Both the position numbers and the translations under genes were made by a program. A stretch of 64,000 bases of DNA from assembly GCA_900016865.1 (NCBI GenBank), contig FIZI01000005.1, positions 37,895 through 101,894 of the forward strand, written 5' to 3'. Positions 9,746 to 18,856 of the stretch are shown here, one piece after another. The DNA comes from an uncultured Clostridia bacterium. GTDB lineage: Bacteria; Bacillota; DTU014. How positions within the stretch are numbered: the first letter of the stretch is position 1; the number at the start of each line of letters is the position of its first letter. A model generated the notes under the pieces. It ran no database searches, had not been told where the DNA came from, and saw only the letters and a program-made list of their open reading frames with translations.

Positions 9746-10597
9746 TCACCGCGCAGAGCATCGTAGGGCAACTGCCGGATCAGACAAGCGGCAACGACGA
9801 ACCGCCCTTACGCTGCGCATCTCCGCAAGCAGCGACTCAGGCTGATCCGATTTCACCAATGCCTCGCCCACCAGGACTGCATCTACCCCGGCACCTGCGA
9901 GCATCTCAACCTGACTTCTACTGGAGATACCGCTCTCACTTACCACTAGGACGCCTTTTGGAATCTCGACCGCCTCAAGAACCCGCATGGTGGCAGACAG
10001 ATCTGTCTTGAAGGTCGAGAGGTCCCGGTTGTTGATCCCGATCAATTGCGCTCCAAGGTCAATGGCTCTATGAAACTCCTCGACTGTATGCACCTCAACC
10101 AAGCAATCCATATCAAGGCAGTCAGCAACATACATCAGCTTCTTTGCCTTGTCCTGGGCAATCACAGCAAGGATCAGGAGAATCGCGTCCGCTCCCATTC
10201 GCCTGCTTTCGAGGACCTGAAGTTCGTCGATTATGAAATCTTTCCGGAGCACAGGCACATTGACGCTCTTTCGCACCAACTCCAGATCCGCGCCGCTTCC
10301 TCCAAAGAACACTCGATCAGTGAGAACTGATATAGCAGAGGCTCCGCCGGAAACGTACGATTCCGCAAGCTCTCTAGGATCGAGATCTCGTCGTATGATC
10401 CCTGCAGAAGGTGAAGAGCGCTTTACCTCCGCTATCACTCCGATGCCCTCGTCTCTAATCAGGGCATCCCTGAAACGATGACGGTGTGTGGCGGGTTCGA
10501 ATTCGAGGCTCTTTGCACTGTACTCCCTGCACAGATGCCCGATCTCACTGCATTTTTGCCTAAGAATGGCTCTCAAAATCGTCTGCATTGCGAACAC
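9746..10597 (-). CDS. trpC: indole-3-glycerol phosphate synthase
   Basis: IAEVKRSSPSAG, SVLTD and VPVLRKDFIID..Q motifs. Confidence 0.92.
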   Translation of the reverse strand: MFAMQTILRAILRQKCSEIGHLCREYSAKSLEFEPATHRHRFRDALIRDEGIGVIAEVKRSSPSAGIIRRDLDPRELAESYVSGGASAISVLTDRVFFGGSGADLELVRKSVNVPVLRKDFIIDELQVLESRRMGADAILLILAVIAQDKAKKLMYVADCLDMDCLVEVHTVEEFHRAIDLGAQLIGINNRDLSTFKTDLSATMRVLEAVEIPKGVLVVSESGISSRSQVEMLAGAGVDAVLVGEALVKSDQPESLLAEMRSVRAVRRCRLSDPAVALRCSAR

Positions 10598-10614
10598 TCC
10601 ATGGCTCGTACTTG

Positions 10615-11649
10615 CTACGCAGTAGCGACGCTGCGCCCGAACTCGATCAGGTCCCTTAGCTTGGCCATAGCCGCTCCCGAGTCGATACTGTCTGCAGCTG
10701 CTTGAATCCCAGTTCTGAGATCGGGGGCCTCTCCACTGACGTAGATGGCAGCAGCAGCGTTGAGGATGACAATGTTGCGTGCGACTCCTGTACTACCTGA
10801 CAAAACATCTAGTATAAGCCTGGCGTTGTCAGCTGCGTTGCCTCCGCGTATTTCATCCAGGCTTCCACTCAGACCCATGCCGTGATCTCTCGGGTCGAGC
10901 TCAAACTCGACTACGGACCCTCGATCGATCAAGCAGGCACGAGCAGTTTCAAAGCAGGGGATCTCATCGAGCCCGCTCGCACCCGATACCACCATGCCTC
11001 GCTCAATGCCGAGCATCGCCAAAGCTTCGGCCATCTTCCGGACGATGTGCGGCGAGAAGACACCCACCACTTGGTGATTAACTCCTGCAGGATTCGCGAG
11101 AGGCCCGAGGATGTTAAAGATGCTCTTGATGCCGATCTCTCGCCGCGGAAGAGCTGCGTGTCTCATAGCCGGATGATACGTAGGCGCAAACAAGAACCCT
11201 ATACCCACCTGCTCGATAGCCATCTTGGTTTGATTGGGAGTCATGTCTACTGAGACACCCAGGGCCTCCAGCACATCTGCACTGCCGCAGCGGCTTGAGA
11301 CGGAGCGATTGCCGTGTTTTGCGACAGGTATGCCACACCCTGCGACAACAAATGCCGCAGCGGTAGAAACGTTAAAGCTGTTGGAGCGGTCTCCGCCAGT
11401 GCCGCAAGTATCAATCAGTCGATCGACTTTGGGATTGATCTTAACTGCCCTATCTCGCATTGTCTGGGCAGACCCTACTATCTCATCGACAGTCTCGCCC
11501 TTAATGCTCATGGCAGCCAGATATGCCCCAATCTGGCTATGAGTCGCTTTGCCGCTCATGATTTGATCCATGACAGCCGCTGCTTCTCCTTGAGACAGAT
11601 CTACCTTCATTACCAACTTGTGGATGGCTTGCTGTATCACTGCTCGCAC
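10615..11649 (-). CDS. trpD: anthranilate phosphoribosyltransferase
   Basis: DTCGTGGDRSNSFNVSTAAAFVVAGCGIPVAKHGNRSVSS motif. Confidence 0.92.
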   Translation of the reverse strand: MRAVIQQAIHKLVMKVDLSQGEAAAVMDQIMSGKATHSQIGAYLAAMSIKGETVDEIVGSAQTMRDRAVKINPKVDRLIDTCGTGGDRSNSFNVSTAAAFVVAGCGIPVAKHGNRSVSSRCGSADVLEALGVSVDMTPNQTKMAIEQVGIGFLFAPTYHPAMRHAALPRREIGIKSIFNILGPLANPAGVNHQVVGVFSPHIVRKMAEALAMLGIERGMVVSGASGLDEIPCFETARACLIDRGSVVEFELDPRDHGMGLSGSLDEIRGGNAADNARLILDVLSGSTGVARNIVILNAAAAIYVSGEAPDLRTGIQAAADSIDSGAAMAKLRDLIEFGRSVATA

Positions 11650-11693
11650 CTCCTGACTAAACCAAGATCAAGCGCGGGTTTTACTAGAACGGC

Positions 11694-13289
11694 TCACTCC
11701 AAGCCGACGCATTCACGTTCCAAACTTCTGGCTAGCTCAATAGCGCTGTTCATGGCCTGGGCCTTGTTGACCGTCTCTTCGTATTCCCTAGTCGCGTCAG
11801 AGTCTGCGACTATTCCGGCCCCCACCTGAACTTGTGCAACTCCGTCGGCTATCACCAACGTCCTGATCGCTATGCACATATCCATGTTGCCTGAAGCCCC
11901 GAAGTAACCGACCGCACCAGCGTAAATGCCGCGGCGACTGAGCTCCTGCTCCTCAATGATCTTCATCGCCTTGGCCCTGGGCGCCCCAGTCACTGTACCT
12001 GCAGGAAAGGTCGCCTTGAGCAGGTCATACTGGTCGTATTCAGGAGACAGCTCGCCCTTCACAGATGACACGATGTGCATGACATGCGAATAACGTTCTA
12101 TCCGCATTTGCTCTTGTACTCGAACAGTACCGGGTACGCATACACGGCTCAAATCGTCTCTGCTGAGATCAACAAGCATGGAGTGCTCGGCACGCTCCTT
12201 CGCGTCTGCGAGGAGGTCTCTCTCCAACCACTGGTCTTCCTCTGCTGTCTCCCCGCGGCGCCTGGTCCCGGCTATGGGCCTCACCTCTACATCTCTGCCA
12301 TTGAGCCTCACTAGCATCTCTGGAGATGCGCCGACTACTTGCATATGCCCGAAGTCTAGTAGGAACATGTACGGAGATGGATTTATGGACCTCAAGGCTC
12401 TGTACACAGCCAGTGCGCTTGACTGAATGGGGATGAGCACCCGTCTGGAAAGGACTACCTGTGACACCTCAGTGTTCAATATGCAGCGTTTAGCCGCTCG
12501 AACGGACCTCTCAAAGCTCTCTCTGTCGGCAAGCACTTCACCAACACTCGAGGCGGGGGTCTCATGGCCAGTGCGACGGTAGCTCTGAGAAGCGCTCACG
12601 TAGCTTTGAGCAGTGCGCAAGTAGGTTTCAAACGTGCGGCTAGAAGGCTTCTCTTGACTGATAGGTTCGCTGAATAGAGGTGTGGACTCATTCGACTTGA
12701 GAATAGACACGAGTTTGCGGAGCTCAAGGATCGCAGATTCGTAATGCGCTTCATTAGCCCCATTGTCGACTCTGCAGTTCACCACAACGGTCAGCGTATG
12801 CCTGAGATGGTCAAACGCCATTACACATCTGGGCACAGCCACCAAGATGTCTGGAAACCTCGTCAATTCAGGCTGCGAGGCGACTCCCTCAAGGAGACGG
12901 GCGTAATCATATCCCACATATCCGACACACCCGCCAAGCAGAGGCGGAAGGCCTCCGATACTCGGTGACCTGAGAGCCTGCATTGCCTCTCTCAAAGCAA
13001 TCAACGGGTCGTGTGAGAACCCTTGAGTGACGTTGCCATCCTGTACGATCAAGTACCTGCTGCCCCTCGACTCAAACACCATCAAAGGGTCACAGCATAC
13101 AAACGAATAACGCCCTACCTTTTGGCCTTGCTCAGCGCTCTCTAGGACGAACATGTGACCTCGCTGTCTAAGGCGGCAGGCAACACTCATTGGGGTCTCC
13201 AGATCAGCGACGACTTCGGCCCAGACAGGCACCATCGGGTAATCCTTGGCGAGTTTCAAGAACTCAGTAGCTGATAAACCGAGCATCAT
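11694..13289 (-). CDS. trpE: anthranilate synthase component I (no fused amidotransferase domain)
   Basis: Chorismate-binding core (NPSPYMF, IAGTRRRG, GAVGYFG). The track start 13505 lies inside the attenuator terminator stem. ATG 13289 is preceded by AGAGGTGA and reproduces the TrpE N-terminus (MMLGLSATEFLKL...). Confidence 0.9.
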   Translation of the reverse strand: MMLGLSATEFLKLAKDYPMVPVWAEVVADLETPMSVACRLRQRGHMFVLESAEQGQKVGRYSFVCCDPLMVFESRGSRYLIVQDGNVTQGFSHDPLIALREAMQALRSPSIGGLPPLLGGCVGYVGYDYARLLEGVASQPELTRFPDILVAVPRCVMAFDHLRHTLTVVVNCRVDNGANEAHYESAILELRKLVSILKSNESTPLFSEPISQEKPSSRTFETYLRTAQSYVSASQSYRRTGHETPASSVGEVLADRESFERSVRAAKRCILNTEVSQVVLSRRVLIPIQSSALAVYRALRSINPSPYMFLLDFGHMQVVGASPEMLVRLNGRDVEVRPIAGTRRRGETAEEDQWLERDLLADAKERAEHSMLVDLSRDDLSRVCVPGTVRVQEQMRIERYSHVMHIVSSVKGELSPEYDQYDLLKATFPAGTVTGAPRAKAMKIIEEQELSRRGIYAGAVGYFGASGNMDMCIAIRTLVIADGVAQVQVGAGIVADSDATREYEETVNKAQAMNSAIELARSLERECVGLE

Positions 13290-13473
13290 CTCATTCACCT
13301 CTGAACAGCATGAGGGACAGCGTGAGCTCTCGTGCTGACAAGGGTCTAAACATACAAAAAGACTCCCTGCAGCACCACCTGCCGGCTCATATACGCTGTG
13401 CGAAACAGGCAAGTATAAGGCCTGCACAGCGGTGTCCGGCTTCACCGTTGATGGCAAGGAGTCAGACGTATAG

Positions 13474-13506
13474 ACAAAAATGCCGGACTGGAAGTAGCCC
13501 GGCATT
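13474..13506 (-). terminator. trp leader attenuator terminator (intrinsic)
   Basis: Minus-strand RNA ATGCCGGGCU-ACUUCC-AGUCCGGCAU followed by UUUUUG. The 10-bp stem is immediately 3' of the TRAP triplet array and ~185 nt upstream of the trpE start. Confidence 0.7.
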
Positions 13507-13519
13507 AAACTCGCTCGAC

Positions 13520-13612
13520 AGTCTACTCCTCAGCTCATCTCAGCTCAACTCAACTGCTCTCTGCTATAGACTAATTAACCTCAACTCACGACTCTAAGCT
13601 ATCTAGCACTGA
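13520..13612 (-). promoter_or_regulatory. TRAP-binding (G/U)AG triplet-repeat array in the trp leader RNA
   Basis: Leader RNA reads UAG-a-UAG-cu-UAG-ag...GAG-uu-GAG ... GAG-caguu-GAG-uu-GAG-cu-GAG-au-GAG-cu-GAG-gag-UAG. That is at least 11 GAG/UAG triplets with mostly 2-3 nt spacers. Confidence 0.75.
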
Positions 13613-13616
13613 TCGA

Positions 13617-13871
13617 CTAGCTGTCACCCTCCCCGTGACGTCTATGGCCCTCGGACGTGATACCGCCAAACTTGGTCAGTATCTGGGCTTTCCCACGAAT
13701 CTTCATGGCAGACGTGTGCTCCGTGAACTGAGCTATCATAACCTCACCCATATCCAGCTTCTCGCTATGATGAAAACGGGTGTCCTTACCTCTGGTCAAA
13801 CCTATGATAGTCACGCCGTCTTCGAGGGCTTTGATGACAACATACTCGCCCTGCACAGCTTGCTCAGTCAC
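13617..13871 (-). CDS. mtrB: trp RNA-binding attenuation protein TRAP
   Basis: The [53 protein letters not shown] segment is near-identical in pattern to Bacillus MtrB. The GGGAG SD favours the GTG at 13869-13871 (track start 13880). Confidence 0.85.
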   Translation of the reverse strand: MTEQAVQGEYVVIKALEDGVTIIGLTRGKDTRFHHSEKLDMGEVMIAQFTEHTSAMKIRGKAQILTKFGGITSEGHRRHGEGDS

Positions 13872-13900
13872 ACACAACACTCCCAGCCCATGTTGGATTT

Positions 13901-13929
13901 ATTGTATACGACACTCGAGTCGCTGTCAA
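13901..13929 (-). promoter_or_regulatory. sigma-A-type promoter for mtrB (TTGACA-17-TACAAT)
   Basis: Minus strand reads TTGACA (13924-13929 rc), a 17-nt spacer and TACAAT (13901-13906 rc), about 25 nt upstream of the mtrB start. Confidence 0.5.
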
Positions 13930-13967
13930 TAAAAACATGCATCGATGCTCGCACCTAGTCCGAAAGG

Positions 13968-15242
13968 CTATCGGCGAATAGCCGATAGCTCACTGGCGCG
14001 AGTCCTGATCTCCTCCAAGTCTCTATCCAGCCTGGCTACACCGCTCTTCATCGCAGCTTCTGCAACTCGAACTGCGACATTGGGCACGACTCTCGCATCA
14101 AACGGAGCCGGAATGATGTATTCCTCAGACAGCTCGCTGTCAGAAATCAGCTCTGCGATCGCCTCGGCTGCTGCGAGTTTCATCTCTTCATTGATGTCAG
14201 TAGCTCGGACGTCCAAGGCACCCCTAAAGATCCCTGGGAATCCAAGCACGTTGTTGACCTGATTTGAGTAGTCTGACCGTCCGGTTGCTACGACGGCTGC
14301 GCCCGCAGCCGTTGCCTCGTCCGGCCAGATTTCAGGATCAGGGTTGGCCAGTGCGAAGATCAAAGGATCTGAACTCATCGTCCTCACGTGCTCCGCAGTG
14401 AGGACTCCGCCTACTGACACGCCGATAAACACGTCTGCATCTACAACAGCGTCCGCCAGTGTACCAGTCACTCCCGACGGATTGATCCTGCGGGCAAGCT
14501 CTTCCTTCGCCCTGTTGGAGCTGCTCTTCCCTTGTGGGCGGATGATGCCCGATCGATCACACACAACAAGCGATCCTGCTCCCGCGTCACAGAGCAGCTT
14601 AGCTATAGCTATGCCCGCGGCGCCTGCGCCATTGATCACTATCTTGACCTCGTCAAGTGCCTTGTTGACAAGCCTTAGCGCGTTGATAAGCCCGGCGAAC
14701 ACCACTACAGCCGTCCCGTGTTGGTCGTCATGGAATACCGGTATGTCTAGCTCCTGCTTTAGCCTGGCCTCGATTTCAAAGCATCTGGGCGCCGATATGT
14801 CCTCAAGGTTGATGCCGCCAAATGTAGGAGATATGTTTACGATCGTCTTGACAATCTCGTCAACGTCGTATGTATCAAGTACAACTGGAAACGCGTCGAT
14901 TCCTGCGAACTCTTTGAAGAGTATGCTCTTGCCCTCCATCACGGGCAGAGCAGCTCTTGGGCCGATGTCGCCCAGGCCAAGGACAGCCGACCCGTCAGAC
15001 ACCACTGCCACCGTGTTTCCCTTTGATGTGTACTCGTAGACGTCGTCAGGCGAGTCCGCTATGACTTTGCACGGCTCGGCTACTCCAGGCGAATAGGCCA
15101 GGCTGAGGTCCCAAGCGTCGCGAACCCTCACTTTGCTATGAACTGCTATCTTTCCTGTATTGCTTCGGTGCAGCTCCAGTGCATCCGCTTTGAGGTCTCT
15201 CTGCATAGATTTTCTCCTTCCAGCGACTAGGCTAATCCACAA
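13968..15242 (-). CDS. NAD(P)-dependent malic enzyme (short MaeA/YtsJ type)
   Basis: LAYSPGVAEPC, VVSDGSAVLGLGDIG and INGAGAAG (Rossmann) motifs. Confidence 0.9.
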   Translation of the reverse strand: MWISLVAGRRKSMQRDLKADALELHRSNTGKIAVHSKVRVRDAWDLSLAYSPGVAEPCKVIADSPDDVYEYTSKGNTVAVVSDGSAVLGLGDIGPRAALPVMEGKSILFKEFAGIDAFPVVLDTYDVDEIVKTIVNISPTFGGINLEDISAPRCFEIEARLKQELDIPVFHDDQHGTAVVVFAGLINALRLVNKALDEVKIVINGAGAAGIAIAKLLCDAGAGSLVVCDRSGIIRPQGKSSSNRAKEELARRINPSGVTGTLADAVVDADVFIGVSVGGVLTAEHVRTMSSDPLIFALANPDPEIWPDEATAAGAAVVATGRSDYSNQVNNVLGFPGIFRGALDVRATDINEEMKLAAAEAIAELISDSELSEEYIIPAPFDARVVPNVAVRVAEAAMKSGVARLDRDLEEIRTRASELSAIRR

Positions 15243-15363
15243 ACCCTGCCTTATCTGTCCGATCTGCAGCAGTCATTACGTCAAGTATACATGAACAAAA
15301 AAACTGTGTCCACGAGACCCAAACCACAGTTTGCGCAAAGGGATTGACGCGACCCCCAAATCA

Positions 15364-15484
15364 TGGATCCACTTATACTGATGATATTCTCAACACGTAG
15401 GCGAAGTACAGCACAAGACGAGATTTTTCCTCGTCATTTGCATGTGACCATATACGTACACCAGACCTAATGCATATGGAGCCC
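15364..15484. repeat. copy 3 (inverted orientation) of the ~125-nt intergenic element
   Basis: The plus strand here (gacgagatttttcctcgtcatttgcatgtgaccatatacgtacaccagacctaatgcatatggagcc) aligns to the reverse complement of copies 1 and 2. Confidence 0.55.
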
Positions 15485-15709
15485 TCCAGACTTAATGAGG
15501 CAGCACCGACTTCGGATTCCTCGAATCCAGTGTCAGCACTGGATTCGCTATTCGTCGCGTAGCTCGACACAAAGCTCAACACACGCTCCGTGTACATAAA
15601 AAAACCCTCGGTCTCAGGCACAGGGGCTGGCGTGAACATCTATCTAAAGACGCTTGACAGCGTGTTGTAGTCGCATAGAGTCCCCTCTTACATCTGCGGG
15701 ATAGTGGGG

Positions 15710-15859
15710 TTACTTCACTATCCCGACAGAGAAGAGGCCCAGTCTGCGTCGTCTATCCTCGCGGACTTCCTGATAGGACTTACGAGTCAAGTCACCCGCG
15801 CACTTCTTGCAGTACTCGGCAAATGAGAAATTTCTCTCCTTGCAGTCTGGACAAATCAT
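15710..15859 (-). CDS. small zinc-ribbon protein (49 aa, CPDC...CKKC, basic C-terminus)
   Basis: Not in the ORF track (<60 aa). Minus-strand ATG 15859 is preceded by GGGAGGTGA at 6-nt spacing. Translation: MICPDCKERNFSFAEYCKKCAGDLTRKSYQEVREDRRRRLGLFSVGIVK. Confidence 0.5.
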   Translation of the reverse strand: MICPDCKERNFSFAEYCKKCAGDLTRKSYQEVREDRRRRLGLFSVGIVK

Positions 15860-15970
15860 GAATAATCACCTCCCTAACCACTTCTCGCGTGGGACGAATA
15901 TCGCCCCGGCGGGACTCATCCCACCCGCCCATTTACATTATACAATGAACGATTTGTAAAACAATCGCCC

Positions 15971-16023
15971 AAAACAAGACAGGTGAGCCGACAACGGCGA
16001 TCTTCGCCGGTTAGCTCACCTGT
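15971..16023 (-). terminator. valS intrinsic terminator
   Basis: Minus strand has a 10-bp stem ACAGGUGAGC/GCUCACCUGU with an internal sub-hairpin, followed by CUUGUUUUGGG. Confidence 0.65.
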
Positions 16024-16115
16024 TGTGCTTAGATGTCAGTATACCTGCAAAACGGGGCCTGTACGCCGTGCTCAACACGGGACTTGCCCGCATGGGCCTA
16101 GCACCGCCCTATAGA

Positions 16116-18812
16116 TCACAAAGACCTAAGCTGCTCAAGCCGTTTGACGACCGCTTCGCGTTTTTCAACGCTATCTCTGCGACGCTGCCGCTCTCTCTCT
16201 ACCACTTCGGCAGGAGCTTTTTTGACAAAGCCCTCGTTCGCGAGCTTGCGGTCAAACATCTCAATCTCAGCGTCTAGCTTAGCCAGCTCGCTTTCGAGAC
16301 GCTGAGTCTCCTTGGCTATGTCAACCAGCCCGACCAGGGGCAGATAGATCTGCAGCCCAGGCACTATGGCCGCAGCGGCGTTATCAGGTTCACTGGTCTC
16401 CCCCGGCCGTATCTCTAGGTCGGATATCCCAGCAAGCACCTTCAAGAGATCCTGGTCCCTCTCAACAATCGCGCACCGCTGCGAATCTCCCTGCAAGATC
16501 GCTGGAACTCTTCGTGCGGGCTCGACGTTCATCTCTGCCCTGACATTCCTCACCGCGCGAACGAGGTCCATCAAAACGCCGACCTCCGACTCTACCTCGA
16601 GGTCTCGTTGGCTCTCATCGACAACAGGCCACGGAGCGATGACGATCGACTCACCTTCGTGCGGGAGGCGCTGCCAGATCTCTTCAGTTATGAAAGGCAT
16701 GAACGGGTGCAGGAGCCTCATGGTGTGTTCTAGCACGTGCGAAAGGGTAGCCTGAGCGACTCGTCTGCTCTCGTCGCCGCGCTTCCCATAGAGTCTCGGC
16801 TTGACCATCTCAATATACCAGTCGCAAAGCTCTCCCCAGATGAACTCATATATGACTCGAGCAGCTTCACCTAGGTCAAACCGCGTGAGGAACCGAGTGA
16901 CCTCAGAAATCGCGTTGTTCAAACGAGATAGGATCCATCGGTCCTCCGTCTCAAGTGCCAAGTCGGCCAAGCTTGTCACTGACCCCGGGTCATAATCCCC
17001 AAGGTTCATCAGAGCAAACCGACTTGCATTCCAAATCTTGTTGGCGAAGTTGCGCGATGCCTCTACTCGCTCATCATAAAACCTCATGTCGTTGCCCGGA
17101 GCATTGCCAGTGACCAAGGTGAATCTGAGGCTGTCTGCTCCCACCTCGTCTATGACCTCAATCGGGTCAACTGAGTTACCTAGGGATTTGCTCATCTTCC
17201 GGCCTTCGCCATCTCTTAGCAGCCCGTGTATGAACACTGTCCTAAACGGCACGTCGTTCATAAACTCGAGGCCCATAAAGACCATGCGCGCGACCCAGAA
17301 AAAGATGATGTCGTAACCCGTAACAAGGACTGACGTGGGATACCAATGCTCGAGCTCCTCTGTCTGATCAGGCCACCCCATGGTCGAAAACGGCCAAAGT
17401 GCGGAGCTAAACCACGTATCCAGTACATCAGGGTCTTGGAATATGTCCACACTTCCGCAGTGCGAACACTCTGTAGGATCTTGGCGGGCCACTGTCATTT
17501 CAGAGCAATCACGGCAGTACCATACCGGTATGCGGTGCCCCCACCAAAGCTGCCTGGAAATACACCAATCATGAATGCCTTCCAGCCAGTTGGTGTAGAT
17601 CTTTGCAAAGCGTTCGGGGACAAATCGTATGCGCCCGTCTTGAACTGCCTTGAGCGCGGGCTCTGCCAGCGGCTTCATCTTGACGAACCACTGTTCTGAG
17701 AGATACGGCTCAACCACAGAGTCGCATCTCTGGCAGTGGCCGACCGAATGCTGGTGGTCCTCTAGCTTCACCAGAAGTCCCAACTTGTCCAACTCAGCGA
17801 GGATAGACTTGCGGCACTCGTAGCGGTCCATTCCAGCCATAGGCCCTGCCTCGTCGGTCATCCTGCCGTCCGGCCCTATGACTGTGATCTGCTCAAGGTT
17901 GTGTCTCAATCCTACCTCGAAGTCGTTTGGATCGTGTGCGGGAGTTATCTTGACCGCGCCTGTTCCAAACTCCGGATCGACGTATTCATCTGCGATGATC
18001 GGGATCCTGCGGTTCATGACAGGCAGGATGGCTGTCTTGCCGACGAGATCTTTGTACCGTTCGTCTGCAGGGTTGACCGCCACTGCTGTATCACCTAGGA
18101 TCGTCTCTGGCCGCGTGGTTGCGACGGTGATGTATCCGGACCCGTCCTCCAGCGGGTACTTGACGTAGTGAAGCCTGCCTGCAGTATCGGAGTACTCCAC
18201 CTCAATGTCCGACAAGGCAGTCTGGCATCTAGGGCACCAGTTGATGATTCTTGTGCCCTTGTATATGAGGCCTTTTTCAAACAGGCGCACGAATACCTCT
18301 CGGACAGCCCTGGAGCAACCCTCGTCCATGGTAAAGCGCTCTCTGTCCCAGTCGCAGGATGAGCCCAGACGCTGAAGCTGACCTATGATGCGATTGCCAA
18401 ACCGCTCTTTCCACTCCCAGACGTGCTTCAAGAACTCCTCACGGCCCAAATCATGTCTCGATACGCCCATGGTCTCACGAAGGTGTTCCTCGACCTTCAC
18501 CTGAGTAGCGATGCCTGCATGATCGGTCCCCGGTATCCACACAGTGTTATGCCCCTGCATCCGGTGCCATCTCACGAGTATGTCTTGAAGGGTCTCATCG
18601 AGCGCATGACCCAGGTGCAAATGGCCGGTCACATTGGGCGGTGGAATTACCATGCTAAAGGGTGTGTTGCTCTTGTCCACTTCAGCATGGAAATATCCCT
18701 TCTCAATCCAATACCGGTACCATTTGTCCTCCACGTCTGCAGGATTGTACCTCATACTTAACTGTGTATCTCCCATATAGATCACTCCGATCATGTTGTC
18801 TACGACACTCAC
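16116..18812 (-). CDS. valS: valyl-tRNA synthetase
   Basis: PPPNVTGHLHLGHA (HIGH) and KMSKSLGN (KMSKS) motifs, editing domain and C-terminal coiled coil. The start may be the ATG at 18776 (SD GGAGTGA) rather than GTG 18812. Confidence 0.95.
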   Translation of the reverse strand: MSVVDNMIGVIYMGDTQLSMRYNPADVEDKWYRYWIEKGYFHAEVDKSNTPFSMVIPPPNVTGHLHLGHALDETLQDILVRWHRMQGHNTVWIPGTDHAGIATQVKVEEHLRETMGVSRHDLGREEFLKHVWEWKERFGNRIIGQLQRLGSSCDWDRERFTMDEGCSRAVREVFVRLFEKGLIYKGTRIINWCPRCQTALSDIEVEYSDTAGRLHYVKYPLEDGSGYITVATTRPETILGDTAVAVNPADERYKDLVGKTAILPVMNRRIPIIADEYVDPEFGTGAVKITPAHDPNDFEVGLRHNLEQITVIGPDGRMTDEAGPMAGMDRYECRKSILAELDKLGLLVKLEDHQHSVGHCQRCDSVVEPYLSEQWFVKMKPLAEPALKAVQDGRIRFVPERFAKIYTNWLEGIHDWCISRQLWWGHRIPVWYCRDCSEMTVARQDPTECSHCGSVDIFQDPDVLDTWFSSALWPFSTMGWPDQTEELEHWYPTSVLVTGYDIIFFWVARMVFMGLEFMNDVPFRTVFIHGLLRDGEGRKMSKSLGNSVDPIEVIDEVGADSLRFTLVTGNAPGNDMRFYDERVEASRNFANKIWNASRFALMNLGDYDPGSVTSLADLALETEDRWILSRLNNAISEVTRFLTRFDLGEAARVIYEFIWGELCDWYIEMVKPRLYGKRGDESRRVAQATLSHVLEHTMRLLHPFMPFITEEIWQRLPHEGESIVIAPWPVVDESQRDLEVESEVGVLMDLVRAVRNVRAEMNVEPARRVPAILQGDSQRCAIVERDQDLLKVLAGISDLEIRPGETSEPDNAAAAIVPGLQIYLPLVGLVDIAKETQRLESELAKLDAEIEMFDRKLANEGFVKKAPAEVVERERQRRRDSVEKREAVVKRLEQLRSL

Positions 18813-18856
18813 AGGTAGAACCCTTCAGGACATGAGACCGCGAGTTGCCGTATTCT

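Noticed and set aside
13290-13505. N-terminal 72 codons of the track trpE ORF and overlapping plus-strand ORF 13310-13597
   Set aside because: The region holds the attenuator terminator and leader. TrpE homology begins at the ATG 13289, which has a strong SD.
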